From: Escherichia coli
GTDB lineage: Bacteria; Pseudomonadota; Gammaproteobacteria; Enterobacterales; Enterobacteriaceae
Length of the DNA: 64,000 nt
Strand: one strand, 5' to 3'
Assembly (NCBI RefSeq): GCF_024700885.2
Contig: NZ_CP117016.1
In this document: piece after piece, positions 11,667 to 22,442 of the stretch
Layout: every line of letters begins with the position of its first letter
Position numbering within the stretch: the first letter of the stretch is position 1
The notes under the pieces: model-generated
What the model was told of the DNA's origin: nothing
What the model saw: only the letters and a program-made list of their open reading frames with translations
Database searches by the model: none
Translations under genes and position numbers: made by a program

Positions 11667-11790
11667 ATCTTAATATTTGATTATCCTTTGCGCGGCATGA
11701 TGTCGCGCTTTTTTTATGCATCATTTAGTTACAACATACTAATGTTATATGGCTTATTTCGCCGGATTTCATTAAGAGCCATTAATATGT

Positions 11791-11820
11791 TACCCATGGG
11801 GAATACTCCTTAATACCCAT
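11791..11820. promoter_or_regulatory. Cluster of NarL heptamer-like sites upstream of narG
   Basis: TACCCAT (11791-11797), TACTCCT (11804-11810) and TACCCAT (11814-11820) fit TACYYMT, about 240-270 bp upstream of the narG start. Confidence 0.4.
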
Positions 11821-11953
11821 CTGCATAAAAATCTTAATAGTTTAAATAACTACAGGTATAAAATGCCTTAATTTACAGTCTTTTATGCTGTAACTGTTAA
11901 TTATCCTAAAGGGGTATCTTAGGAATTTACTTTATTTTTCATCCCCATCACTC

Positions 11954-11967
11954 TTGATCGTTATCAA
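11954..11967. promoter_or_regulatory. FNR box of the narG promoter
   Basis: Perfect TTGATCGTTATCAA palindrome about 90 bp upstream of the narG ATG. Confidence 0.6.
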
Positions 11968-12058
11968 TTCCCACGCTGTTTCAGAGCGTTACCTTGCCCT
12001 TAAACATTAGCAATGTCGATTTATCAGAGGGCCGACAGGCTCCCACAGGAGAAAACCG

Positions 12059-15000
12059 ATGAGTAAATTCCTGGACCGGTTTCGCTACTTCAAACAGAAG
12101 GGTGAAACCTTTGCCGATGGGCATGGCCAGCTTCTCAATACCAACCGTGACTGGGAGGATGGATATCGCCAGCGTTGGCAGCATGACAAAATCGTCCGCT
12201 CTACCCACGGGGTAAACTGCACCGGCTCCTGCAGCTGGAAAATCTACGTCAAAAACGGTCTGGTCACCTGGGAAACCCAGCAGACTGACTATCCTCGTAC
12301 CCGCCCGGACCTGCCAAACCATGAACCTCGCGGCTGCCCGCGCGGTGCCAGCTACTCCTGGTATCTTTACAGTGCCAACCGCCTGAAATACCCGATGATG
12401 CGCAAACGCCTGATGAAAATGTGGCGTGAAGCGAAGGCGCTGCATAGCGATCCGGTTGAGGCATGGGCTTCTATCATTGAAGACGCCGATAAAGCGAAAA
12501 GCTTTAAGCAGGCGCGTGGACGCGGTGGTTTTGTTCGTTCTTCCTGGCAGGAAGTGAACGAACTGATCGCCGCATCTAACGTTTACACCATCAAAAACTA
12601 CGGCCCGGACCGTGTCGCTGGCTTCTCGCCAATTCCGGCAATGTCGATGGTTTCTTACGCGTCGGGTGCGCGTTATCTTTCGCTGCTTGGCGGTACTTGC
12701 TTAAGCTTCTACGACTGGTACTGCGATCTGCCTCCTGCGTCTCCGCAAACCTGGGGCGAGCAAACTGACGTACCGGAATCTGCTGACTGGTACAACTCCA
12801 GCTACATCATCGCCTGGGGGTCAAACGTGCCGCAGACGCGTACTCCGGATGCTCACTTCTTTACTGAAGTGCGTTACAAAGGCACCAAAACTGTTGCCGT
12901 CACACCGGACTACGCTGAAATCGCCAAACTGTGCGATCTGTGGCTGGCACCGAAACAGGGCACCGACGCAGCAATGGCGCTGGCGATGGGCCACGTAATG
13001 CTGCGTGAATTCCACCTCGACAACCCAAGCCAGTATTTCACCGACTATGTGCGTCGCTACACCGACATGCCGATGCTGGTGATGCTGGAAGAACGCGACG
13101 GTTACTACGCTGCGGGTCGTATGCTGCGCGCTGCTGATCTGGTGGATGCGCTGGGCCAGGAAAACAATCCGGAATGGAAAACTGTCGCCTTTAATACCAA
13201 CGGCGAAATGGTTGCGCCGAACGGTTCTATTGGCTTCCGCTGGGGCGAGAAGGGCAAATGGAATCTTGAACAGCGCGACGGCAAAACTGGCGAAGAAACC
13301 GAGCTGCAACTGAGCCTGCTGGGTAGCCAGGATGAGATCGCTGAGGTGGGCTTCCCGTACTTTGGTGGCGACGGCACGGAACACTTCAACAAAGTGGAAC
13401 TGGAAAACGTGCTGCTGCACAAGCTGCCGGTGAAACGCCTGCAACTGGCTGATGGCAGCACCGCCCTGGTGACCACCGTTTATGATCTGACGCTGGCAAA
13501 CTACGGTCTGGAACGTGGCCTGAACGACGTTAACTGTGCAACCAGCTATGACGATGTGAAAGCTTACACCCCTGCCTGGGCCGAGCAAATCACTGGCGTT
13601 TCTCGCAGCCAGATTATCCGTATTGCCCGTGAATTTGCCGACAATGCTGATAAAACGCACGGTCGTTCGATGATTATCGTCGGCGCGGGGCTGAACCACT
13701 GGTATCACCTCGATATGAACTATCGTGGTCTGATCAACATGCTGATTTTCTGCGGCTGTGTAGGTCAGAGCGGTGGTGGCTGGGCGCACTATGTAGGTCA
13801 GGAAAAACTGCGTCCGCAAACCGGCTGGCAGCCGCTGGCGTTTGCCCTTGACTGGCAGCGTCCGGCGCGTCACATGAACAGCACCTCTTATTTCTATAAT
13901 CACTCCAGCCAGTGGCGTTATGAAACCGTGACCGCAGAAGAGTTGTTGTCGCCGATGGCGGATAAATCCCGTTATACCGGACATCTGATCGACTTTAACG
14001 TCCGTGCAGAACGTATGGGTTGGCTGCCGTCTGCGCCGCAGTTAGGCACTAACCCGCTGACTATCGCTCGCGAAGCGGAAAAAGCGGGCATGAATCCGGT
14101 GGATTACACCGTGAAATCTCTGAAAGAGGGTTCTATCCGTTTTGCGGCAGAACAACCAGAAAACGGTAAAAACCACCCGCGTAACCTGTTCATCTGGCGT
14201 TCTAACCTGCTCGGTTCTTCCGGTAAAGGTCATGAGTTTATGCTCAAGTACCTGCTGGGGACGGAGCACGGTATCCAGGGTAAAGATCTGGGGCAGCAGG
14301 GCGGCGTGAAGCCGGAAGAAGTGGACTGGCAGGACAATGGTCTGGAAGGCAAGCTGGATCTGGTGGTGACGCTGGACTTCCGTCTGTCGAGCACCTGTCT
14401 CTATTCCGACATCATTTTGCCGACGGCGACCTGGTACGAAAAAGACGACATGAATACTTCGGATATGCATCCGTTTATTCACCCGCTGTCTGCGGCGGTC
14501 GATCCGGCCTGGAAAGCGAAAAGCGACTGGGAAATCTACAAAGCCATCGCGAAGAAATTCTCCGAAGTGTGCGTTGGTCATCTGGGTAAAGAAACTGACA
14601 TCGTCACGCTGCCTATCCAGCACGACTCTGCCGCTGAACTGGCGCAGCCGCTGGATGTGAAAGACTGGAAAAAAGGCGAATGCGACCTGATCCCAGGTAA
14701 AACTGCACCGCACATTATGGTCGTAGAGCGCGATTATCCGGCAACTTACGAACGCTTTACCTCTATCGGCCCGCTGATGGAGAAAATCGGTAACGGCGGT
14801 AAAGGGATTGCCTGGAACACCCAGAGTGAGATGGATCTGCTGCGTAAGCTCAACTACACCAAAGCGGAAGGTCCGGCAAAAGGTCAGCCGATGCTCAATA
14901 CCGCAATTGATGCGGCAGAGATGATCCTGACGCTGGCACCGGAAACCAATGGTCAGGTAGCTGTAAAAGCCTGGGCTGCCCTGAGCGAGTTTACCGGTCG

Positions 15001-15802
15001 TGACCATACGCATCTGGCGCTGAATAAAGAAGACGAGAAGATTCGCTTCCGCGATATTCAGGCACAGCCGCGCAAAATCATCTCCAGCCCGACCTGGTCT
15101 GGCCTTGAAGATGAACACGTTTCTTACAACGCCGGTTACACCAACGTTCACGAGCTGATCCCGTGGCGTACGCTCTCTGGCCGTCAGCAGCTGTATCAGG
15201 ATCACCAATGGATGCGTGATTTCGGTGAAAGCTTGCTGGTTTATCGTCCGCCGATCGACACCCGTTCGGTGAAAGAAGTGATGGGCCAGAAATCTAATGG
15301 CAACCCGGAAAAAGCGCTCAACTTCCTGACGCCGCACCAGAAGTGGGGTATCCACTCCACTTACAGCGACAACCTGCTGATGCTGACTTTAGGTCGCGGT
15401 GGTCCGGTGGTCTGGTTGAGTGAAGCCGATGCCAAAGAGCTGGGTATCGCCGATAACGACTGGATTGAAGTCTTCAACAGCAACGGTGCACTGACTGCCC
15501 GTGCGGTTGTCAGCCAGCGTGTTCCGGCAGGGATGACCATGATGTACCACGCGCAGGAACGTATCGTTAACCTGCCTGGTTCAGAAATCACCAGCCAGCG
15601 CGGCGGTATTCATAACTCGGTCACCCGTATCACGCCGAAACCGACGCATATGATCGGTGGCTATGCCCATCTGGCATACGGCTTTAACTACTACGGCACC
15701 GTAGGTTCTAACCGCGATGAGTTTGTTGTGGTGCGTAAGATGAAGAACATTGACTGGTTAGATGGCGAAGGCAATGACCAGGTACAGGAGAGCGTAAAAT
15801 GA
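12059..15802 (+). CDS. narG: Respiratory nitrate reductase A, alpha subunit
   Basis: 1247-aa ORF; N-terminal Fe-S motif (HGVNCTGSCSWKIY); overlaps narH by 4 nt. Confidence 0.95.
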   Translation: MSKFLDRFRYFKQKGETFADGHGQLLNTNRDWEDGYRQRWQHDKIVRSTHGVNCTGSCSWKIYVKNGLVTWETQQTDYPRTRPDLPNHEPRGCPRGASYSWYLYSANRLKYPMMRKRLMKMWREAKALHSDPVEAWASIIEDADKAKSFKQARGRGGFVRSSWQEVNELIAASNVYTIKNYGPDRVAGFSPIPAMSMVSYASGARYLSLLGGTCLSFYDWYCDLPPASPQTWGEQTDVPESADWYNSSYIIAWGSNVPQTRTPDAHFFTEVRYKGTKTVAVTPDYAEIAKLCDLWLAPKQGTDAAMALAMGHVMLREFHLDNPSQYFTDYVRRYTDMPMLVMLEERDGYYAAGRMLRAADLVDALGQENNPEWKTVAFNTNGEMVAPNGSIGFRWGEKGKWNLEQRDGKTGEETELQLSLLGSQDEIAEVGFPYFGGDGTEHFNKVELENVLLHKLPVKRLQLADGSTALVTTVYDLTLANYGLERGLNDVNCATSYDDVKAYTPAWAEQITGVSRSQIIRIAREFADNADKTHGRSMIIVGAGLNHWYHLDMNYRGLINMLIFCGCVGQSGGGWAHYVGQEKLRPQTGWQPLAFALDWQRPARHMNSTSYFYNHSSQWRYETVTAEELLSPMADKSRYTGHLIDFNVRAERMGWLPSAPQLGTNPLTIAREAEKAGMNPVDYTVKSLKEGSIRFAAEQPENGKNHPRNLFIWRSNLLGSSGKGHEFMLKYLLGTEHGIQGKDLGQQGGVKPEEVDWQDNGLEGKLDLVVTLDFRLSSTCLYSDIILPTATWYEKDDMNTSDMHPFIHPLSAAVDPAWKAKSDWEIYKAIAKKFSEVCVGHLGKETDIVTLPIQHDSAAELAQPLDVKDWKKGECDLIPGKTAPHIMVVERDYPATYERFTSIGPLMEKIGNGGKGIAWNTQSEMDLLRKLNYTKAEGPAKGQPMLNTAIDAAEMILTLAPETNGQVAVKAWAALSEFTGRDHTHLALNKEDEKIRFRDIQAQPRKIISSPTWSGLEDEHVSYNAGYTNVHELIPWRTLSGRQQLYQDHQWMRDFGESLLVYRPPIDTRSVKEVMGQKSNGNPEKALNFLTPHQKWGIHSTYSDNLLMLTLGRGGPVVWLSEADAKELGIADNDWIEVFNSNGALTARAVVSQRVPAGMTMMYHAQERIVNLPGSEITSQRGGIHNSVTRITPKPTHMIGGYAHLAYGFNYYGTVGSNRDEFVVVRKMKNIDWLDGEGNDQVQESVK

Positions 15803-17337
15803 AAATTCGTTCACAAGTCGGCATGGTGCTGAATCTCGATAAGTGCATCGGCTGCCACACCTGTTCAGTTACCTGTAAAAACGTCTGGACCAGCCGCGAA
15901 GGTGTGGAATACGCGTGGTTCAACAACGTGGAAACCAAGCCGGGCCAGGGCTTCCCGACTGACTGGGAAAACCAGGAAAAATACAAAGGCGGCTGGATCC
16001 GTAAAATCAACGGCAAACTGCAGCCGCGCATGGGTAACCGCGCCATGCTGCTGGGTAAAATCTTTGCTAACCCGCATCTGCCGGGTATCGACGATTATTA
16101 CGAGCCGTTCGATTTTGATTATCAGAACCTGCATACCGCGCCGGAAGGCAGCAAATCGCAGCCGATTGCCCGTCCGCGTTCGCTGATTACCGGCGAACGG
16201 ATGGCGAAAATCGAAAAAGGGCCGAACTGGGAAGATGACCTGGGCGGTGAGTTTGACAAGCTGGCGAAAGACAAGAACTTCGACAACATCCAGAAGGCGA
16301 TGTATAGCCAGTTCGAAAACACCTTCATGATGTATTTGCCGCGCCTGTGCGAACACTGCCTGAACCCGGCATGTGTGGCGACCTGCCCGAGTGGTGCGAT
16401 TTACAAGCGTGAAGAAGATGGCATCGTCCTGATCGACCAGGATAAATGCCGTGGCTGGCGTATGTGCATCACCGGATGCCCGTACAAAAAAATCTACTTC
16501 AACTGGAAGAGCGGTAAGTCTGAGAAGTGCATCTTCTGCTATCCGCGTATTGAAGCCGGTCAGCCGACGGTATGCTCTGAAACCTGTGTCGGTCGTATCC
16601 GTTATCTCGGCGTGCTGCTGTACGATGCGGACGCCATTGAACGTGCAGCCAGCACCGAGAACGAGAAAGATCTCTACCAGCGTCAGCTGGAGGTGTTCCT
16701 CGATCCGAACGATCCGAAAGTCATCGAGCAGGCAATTAAAGACGGTATTCCGCTGAGCGTTATTGAAGCCGCACAGCAGTCGCCGGTTTATAAAATGGCG
16801 ATGGAATGGAAACTGGCGCTGCCGCTGCATCCGGAATATCGCACACTGCCGATGGTCTGGTACGTGCCGCCTCTGTCTCCGATTCAGTCTGCAGCAGATG
16901 CGGGCGAGCTGGGCAGCAACGGAATTCTGCCAGACGTCGAAAGCTTGCGTATTCCGGTACAGTATCTGGCGAATCTGCTGACCGCCGGTGATACCAAACC
17001 GGTACTGCGCGCGCTGAAACGTATGCTGGCGATGCGTCATTACAAACGTGCTGAAACCGTTGACGGTAAAGTTGATACCCGTGCGCTGGAAGAGGTCGGT
17101 CTGACCGAAGCCCAGGCACAGGAGATGTACCGTTATCTGGCGATTGCTAACTACGAAGATCGCTTTGTGGTGCCGAGTAGTCATCGTGAACTGGCACGGG
17201 AAGCCTTCCCGGAGAAAAATGGCTGCGGCTTTACCTTTGGTGATGGCTGCCACGGTTCAGATACCAAATTCAATCTGTTCAACAGCCGTCGTATCGATGC
17301 CATCGATGTGACCAGCAAAACGGAGCCGCATCCATGA
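15799..17337 (+). CDS. narH: Respiratory nitrate reductase A, beta subunit
   Basis: 512-aa ORF with multiple ferredoxin-type Cys clusters (CIGCHTCSVTC, CEHCLNPACVATCP...). Confidence 0.95.
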   Translation: MKIRSQVGMVLNLDKCIGCHTCSVTCKNVWTSREGVEYAWFNNVETKPGQGFPTDWENQEKYKGGWIRKINGKLQPRMGNRAMLLGKIFANPHLPGIDDYYEPFDFDYQNLHTAPEGSKSQPIARPRSLITGERMAKIEKGPNWEDDLGGEFDKLAKDKNFDNIQKAMYSQFENTFMMYLPRLCEHCLNPACVATCPSGAIYKREEDGIVLIDQDKCRGWRMCITGCPYKKIYFNWKSGKSEKCIFCYPRIEAGQPTVCSETCVGRIRYLGVLLYDADAIERAASTENEKDLYQRQLEVFLDPNDPKVIEQAIKDGIPLSVIEAAQQSPVYKMAMEWKLALPLHPEYRTLPMVWYVPPLSPIQSAADAGELGSNGILPDVESLRIPVQYLANLLTAGDTKPVLRALKRMLAMRHYKRAETVDGKVDTRALEEVGLTEAQAQEMYRYLAIANYEDRFVVPSSHRELAREAFPEKNGCGFTFGDGCHGSDTKFNLFNSRRIDAIDVTSKTEPHP

Positions 17338-18044
17338 TCGAACTCGTGATTGTATCGCGTCTCCTTGAATATCCGGATGCTGCCTTATGGCAGCATCAAC
17401 AAGAGATGTTTGAGGCGATTGCCGCGTCGAAAAATCTGCCAAAAGAGGATGCCCACGCGCTGGGCATTTTCCTGCGCGATTTAACGGCGATGGATCCGCT
17501 CGATGCTCAGGCCCAGTACAGCGAACTGTTCGACCGTGGCCGCGCCACGTCGTTGTTGCTGTTTGAACATGTGCACGGCGAATCCCGCGACCGCGGTCAG
17601 GCGATGGTAGACCTGCTGGCGCAGTATGAGCAGCACGGTTTGCAGTTAAACAGCCGCGAATTGCCGGACCATCTGCCGCTGTATCTGGAGTACCTGGCGC
17701 AGCTGCCGCAAAGCGAAGCCGTGGAGGGTTTGAAAGATATTGCGCCGATTCTGGCATTGCTGAGTGCGCGTCTGCAACAGCGTGAAAGCCGTTATGCCGT
17801 GCTGTTTGATCTGCTGCTGAAACTGGCGAATACCGCAATCGACAGCGACAAAGTGGCGGAAAAAATTGCCGACGAAGCGCGCGACGATACGCCGCAGGCG
17901 CTGGATGCTGTCTGGGAAGAAGAGCAGGTTAAATTCTTTGCTGACAAAGGCTGCGGTGATTCAGCAATCACTGCCCATCAACGTCGCTTTGCCGGTGCCG
18001 TCGCGCCGCAATATCTGAATATCACCACCGGAGGACAGCACTAA
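17334..18044 (+). CDS. narJ: Nitrate reductase assembly chaperone NarJ
   Basis: 236-aa ORF between narH and narI with overlapping stop/start codons. Confidence 0.9.
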   Translation: MIELVIVSRLLEYPDAALWQHQQEMFEAIAASKNLPKEDAHALGIFLRDLTAMDPLDAQAQYSELFDRGRATSLLLFEHVHGESRDRGQAMVDLLAQYEQHGLQLNSRELPDHLPLYLEYLAQLPQSEAVEGLKDIAPILALLSARLQQRESRYAVLFDLLLKLANTAIDSDKVAEKIADEARDDTPQALDAVWEEEQVKFFADKGCGDSAITAHQRRFAGAVAPQYLNITTGGQH

Positions 18045-18721
18045 TGCAATTCCTGAATATGTTCTTCTTTGATATCTACCCGTACATAGCCGGGGCGGTC
18101 TTCCTGATTGGTAGCTGGCTGCGTTATGACTACGGGCAGTATACCTGGCGCGCGGCGTCCAGCCAGATGCTGGATCGCAAAGGGATGAACCTGGCGTCGA
18201 ACCTGTTCCATATCGGTATTCTGGGGATTTTTGTCGGTCACTTCTTCGGTATGCTGACGCCGCACTGGATGTATGAAGCCTGGCTGCCGATTGAAGTGAA
18301 ACAGAAAATGGCGATGTTTGCTGGTGGTGCCAGCGGCGTGCTGTGTCTGATTGGCGGCGTACTGTTGCTGAAACGTCGTCTGTTCAGCCCACGCGTGCGT
18401 GCAACGACTACCGGAGCGGATATCCTGATCCTGTCGCTGCTCGTTATCCAGTGCGCACTCGGCCTGCTGACCATTCCTTTCTCCGCCCAGCATATGGATG
18501 GTAGCGAGATGATGAAACTGGTTGGCTGGGCGCAGTCGGTGGTGACCTTCCACGGTGGTGCTTCTCAACACCTTGATGGCGTGGCGTTTATCTTCCGTCT
18601 GCACCTGGTACTGGGGATGACGTTATTCCTGCTGTTCCCGTTCTCACGTCTGGTGCACATCTGGAGCGTACCGGTGGAGTATCTGACACGTAAGTATCAG
18701 CTGGTGCGCGCTCGTCACTAA
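18044..18721 (+). CDS. narI: Respiratory nitrate reductase A, gamma subunit (cytochrome b)
   Basis: 225-aa membrane ORF ending the narGHJI operon. Confidence 0.9.
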   Translation: MQFLNMFFFDIYPYIAGAVFLIGSWLRYDYGQYTWRAASSQMLDRKGMNLASNLFHIGILGIFVGHFFGMLTPHWMYEAWLPIEVKQKMAMFAGGASGVLCLIGGVLLLKRRLFSPRVRATTTGADILILSLLVIQCALGLLTIPFSAQHMDGSEMMKLVGWAQSVVTFHGGASQHLDGVAFIFRLHLVLGMTLFLLFPFSRLVHIWSVPVEYLTRKYQLVRARH

Positions 18722-18742
18722 GCGAATTTTAGTTTGCATAGA

Positions 18743-18766
18743 CCCCGCTTCGGCGGGGTTTTTTTA
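18743..18766 (+). terminator. Rho-independent terminator of the narGHJI operon
   Basis: ccccgcttcggcgggg hairpin followed by TTTTTTT, 20 bp after the narI stop. Confidence 0.7.
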
Positions 18767-18779
18767 TGGGCACGGTACG

Positions 18780-18860
18780 GGGTGAGTTGTCGGATGCGCT
18801 TCGCTTATCCGACCTACAGGGGAGGATATTGTAGGTCCGGTAAACGCGGTGCCATTGGGC
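18780..18860. repeat. REP-like extragenic palindromic element(s)
   Basis: gtcggatgcgcttcgcttatccgacctaca...tgtaggtccgg: imperfect inverted repeats of REP type between narI and the tyrT locus. Confidence 0.35.
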
Positions 18861-18902
18861 AGAATTAGCTCGGAGTAACAGGTTTTGAGTATTTACAGGA
18901 AG

Positions 18903-19616
18903 TGATGGTGGTGGGGGAAGGATTACTCAGCGCTGCGCGCTTCACCCTTCGGGTCGTTGCCTGCGGCAACGCTTTCTCGCTGGCGCTCGAGTCGCACCTT
19001 GGTCGAAGCTTCTCATCCTTCCCCGCATGGGCAGAATATTTAATTGCGGATTCGTTTGAGAGTTCACGGACTTTTGAAAAGTGATGGTGGTGGGGGAAGG
19101 ATTACTCAGCGCTGCGCGCTTCGCCCTTCGGGTCGTTGCCTGCGGCAACGCTCTCTCGCTGGCGCTCGAGTCGAACCTTGGTCGAAGCTTCTCATCCTTC
19201 CCCGCATGGGCAGAATATTTAATCGCGGATTCGTTTGAGAGTTCACGGACTTTTGAAAGTGATGGTGGTGGGGGAAGGATTACTCAGCGCTGCGCGCTTC
19301 GCCCTTCGGGTCGTTGCCTGCGGCCACGCTCTCTCGTTGGCGCTCGAGTCGAACCTTGGTCGAAGCTTCTCATCCTTCCCCCGCTTGGGCAGAATATTTA
19401 ATTACGGATTCGTTTGAGAGTTCAGGGACTTTTGAAAGTGATGGTGGTGGGGGAAGGATTACTCAGCGCTGCGCGCTTCGCCCTTCGGGTCGTTGCCTGC
19501 GGCCACGCTCTCTCGCTGGCGCTCGAGTCGAACCTTGGTCGAAGCTTCTCATCCTTCCCCGCATGGGCAGAATATTTAATCGCGGATTCGTTTGAGAGTT
19601 CACGGACTTTTGAAAG
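18903..19616. repeat. rtT: Four tandem ~178-bp repeats of the tyrT-operon distal region (rtT/tpr-type), each starting with a copy of the tRNA-Tyr 3' end
   Basis: Units begin at 18903, 19081, 19259 and 19438 (period 178-179 bp, >95% identical); each starts with gtgatggtggtgggggaaggatt, which is the reverse complement of the tRNA-Tyr acceptor/T-arm 3' end. Confidence 0.85.
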
Positions 19617-19619
19617 TGA

Positions 19620-19704
<85 letters not shown>

Positions 19705-19738
19705 AGGGGTAATTCAAATTTTGAGGTAATGCTTGAGA

Positions 19739-19823
<85 letters not shown>

Positions 19824-19982
19824 ACGGGGTAATGCTTTTTACTGGCCTGCTCCCTTATCGGGAAGCGGGGCGCATCATATCAAATGACGCGCCGCTGTAA
19901 AGTGTTACGTTGAGAAAAATGAACTGGTTGCGTAATTTTCACCCGTAACGGATTAAAGGTAACCAGTTATTTTTGCTGGCGA

Positions 19983-20825
19983 TTAAAGAATAATCGTCCG
20001 ATTACCGTAAACAAAGACGCGCTGCGCCAGTACTTTGTAGAGTGCGCGACTTAAGACGTTTTTCTCGACGTCACGACCTGCGCGCATCATATCTTCAGCT
20101 GTGTAGGTATGATCGACATGAATAACGTCCTGCATGATGATTGGACCTTCGTCCAGATTGTCATTCACATAGTGAGCGGTTGCGCCAATAATCTTCACGC
20201 CACGTTCATAGGCCTGGTGATAAGGACGTGCGCCGATAAACGCTGGCAGGAATGAATGGTGAATATTGATGATCTTATTCGGGAAGCGTGCCACAAATTC
20301 TGGCGTTAATACCCGCATATACTTCGCCAGCACCACGTAGTCAGGCTGATAAGCATCAATGGCATCCGCCATCTTTTGATCGTGCTCGTTGCGGCTTAAC
20401 CCTTCATGGCTTACCAGCTCAAACGGAATATCAAAACGCTCAACCAGAGAACGTAAAGTATCGTGGTTACCAATAACTGCCGCGATTTCGACATCCAGGC
20501 CGCCGTAATTGGCTTTCATCAACAAATCGCCGAGGCAATGCGCCTCTTTAGTGACCAGAATCACTATCCGGCGACGACCGGCAGGATTCAGCTCACGTAC
20601 GGAGCCTTCTGGCAATGCGCTGTCGAGATCCGCCAGCAGGGTGGAATCATTAAAAATTCCTTCCAGTTCCGTGCGCATAAAAAAGCGCCCGGTACGGTGA
20701 TCAACAAATTCATTGTTCTGTACGATATTTAACTCGTGCTTGTAGCAAATATTGGTAATACGTGCGATCAGACCTTTTTGGTCCGGACAAATAGTACGCA
20801 GAACTTTACGTTGGAGTGAATGCAT
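19983..20825 (-). CDS. purU: Formyltetrahydrofolate deformylase
   Basis: 280-aa ORF with N-terminal ACT-like and C-terminal formyltransferase domains; K-12 synteny next to tyrT. Confidence 0.9.
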   Translation of the reverse strand: MHSLQRKVLRTICPDQKGLIARITNICYKHELNIVQNNEFVDHRTGRFFMRTELEGIFNDSTLLADLDSALPEGSVRELNPAGRRRIVILVTKEAHCLGDLLMKANYGGLDVEIAAVIGNHDTLRSLVERFDIPFELVSHEGLSRNEHDQKMADAIDAYQPDYVVLAKYMRVLTPEFVARFPNKIINIHHSFLPAFIGARPYHQAYERGVKIIGATAHYVNDNLDEGPIIMQDVIHVDHTYTAEDMMRAGRDVEKNVLSRALYKVLAQRVFVYGNRTIIL

Positions 20826-20874
20826 TGCTGGAAAAACCTTGTTGAGAGTGTTTGCTAAACCGTACCGTCAACCA

Positions 20875-21333
20875 TTATTGGCCGCAGCACTTTTTAAATT
20901 TTTTACCTGAACCACAAGGGCAGGGATCGTTGCGGCCAAACTGCGGACGTGTACCGTCAATATAGTACCATTGACCGTTTTCTTTCAAAAATCGCGAACG
21001 TTCAATTATTGCACCTGTTTTGCCACCTTCGGTAAATCGCGCAACAAAACTGACAAATCCGATATTGTCGCCGTCCTGCCAACAATGTTCAAATACGGTC
21101 AATCCCAACCATTCAGTATGCGCAAATCCGGCAATCAATTCGGCACGTAACGCCGCCGCTCCACAAGATGGATGCCAGGTCTTTATTAAATAATCTGCGT
21201 CTTGCATCACAAAAGCGCAGTAACGCGAACGCATGAGATGTTCTGGATCAGGTGCAACCTTTTCACCAGACACATAAGGGTGGCAACATAGGCTATACTC
21301 GACAGCACTACCACAGGGACAAAGCTGAGACAC
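20875..21333 (-). CDS. ychJ: YchJ (UPF0225, SEC-C-motif protein)
   Basis: GTG start at 21333 preceded by AGGGAG ([20 protein letters not shown]..., 152 aa); C-terminal [17 protein letters not shown] motif. Confidence 0.75.
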   Translation of the reverse strand: MSQLCPCGSAVEYSLCCHPYVSGEKVAPDPEHLMRSRYCAFVMQDADYLIKTWHPSCGAAALRAELIAGFAHTEWLGLTVFEHCWQDGDNIGFVSFVARFTEGGKTGAIIERSRFLKENGQWYYIDGTRPQFGRNDPCPCGSGKKFKKCCGQ

Positions 21334-21445
21334 AAATAATCTCCCTGGAAACAATAACGGCGTATTAACCGCCTGAGTAGCACTATGTTAACCGAGCAGT
21401 AGCGATGTTGCTACGATTGCATTCCAGGGGAATCTTGCGGGAATA

Positions 21446-22351
21446 ATGAGAAAGATAAAAATAGGGCTGGCGCTGGGATCTGGCGCGGCGAGAGGTTGGT
21501 CGCATATTGGCGTTATTAATGCGCTAAAAAAAGTGGGTATTGAAATTGATATCGTTGCAGGATGTTCAATTGGTTCGCTGGTGGGCGCTGCCTATGCATG
21601 CGATCGATTATCTGCGCTGGAAGATTGGGTGACCTCTTTCAGTTATTGGGATGTTTTACGCCTGATGGATCTCTCCTGGCAGCGCGGTGGGTTACTGCGC
21701 GGCGAGCGTGTCTTCAATCAATATCGCGAAATAATGCCGGAAACAGAGATCGAAAATTGTTCCCGTCGCTTCGCGGCTGTTGCCACCAATTTAAGTACTG
21801 GGCGCGAATTATGGTTTACTGAAGGCGATCTCCATCTTGCTATTCGTGCATCATGCAGTATTCCAGGACTAATGGCACCCGTTGCGCATAACGGCTACTG
21901 GCTGGTTGATGGCGCTGTAGTTAACCCAATTCCTATTTCGCTCACGCGTGCATTGGGTGCTGATATTGTGATAGCGGTCGACCTGCAGCACGATGCTCAT
22001 TTGATGCAACAAGATCTGCTCTCCTTTAATGTCAGTGAAGAAAATAGCGAGAATGGTGATTCTCTGCCGTGGCATGCGCGTCTGAAAGAAAGGTTGGGCA
22101 GCATAACGACACGTCGGGCGGTGACAGCGCCAACGGCAACAGAGATTATGACCACTTCTATCCAGGTGCTGGAGAACCGCCTTAAAAGGAACCGCATGGC
22201 AGGTGATCCGCCCGATATTCTGATTCAACCTGTTTGCCCGCAAATATCTACGCTTGATTTCCATCGCGCGCACGCTGCCATTGCGGCTGGGCAGCTGGCA
22301 GTGGAAAAGAAAATGGACGAACTTTTGCCGTTGGTACGCACCAACATTTGA
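21446..22351 (+). CDS. rssA: Patatin-like phospholipase RssA
   Basis: 301-aa ORF with GxGxxG and GCSIG (GxSxG) patatin motifs. Confidence 0.8.
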   Translation: MRKIKIGLALGSGAARGWSHIGVINALKKVGIEIDIVAGCSIGSLVGAAYACDRLSALEDWVTSFSYWDVLRLMDLSWQRGGLLRGERVFNQYREIMPETEIENCSRRFAAVATNLSTGRELWFTEGDLHLAIRASCSIPGLMAPVAHNGYWLVDGAVVNPIPISLTRALGADIVIAVDLQHDAHLMQQDLLSFNVSEENSENGDSLPWHARLKERLGSITTRRAVTAPTATEIMTTSIQVLENRLKRNRMAGDPPDILIQPVCPQISTLDFHRAHAAIAAGQLAVEKKMDELLPLVRTNI

Positions 22352-22442
22352 CCAGAATTTTTATCTACACTTAAGTTAATTCTGACAGGCGCAGGTGGCA
22401 ATAGCATGCCACTATTGAGTAAAGCCAGTCAGGGGAGAGAAC

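Noticed and set aside
12821-17253. Long minus-strand ORFs (387, 437 and 462 aa) antisense to narG and narH
   Set aside because: Typical antisense shadow frames of highly expressed GC-balanced genes; products are low-complexity (R/H/Q-rich) and the plus-strand genes are unambiguous.
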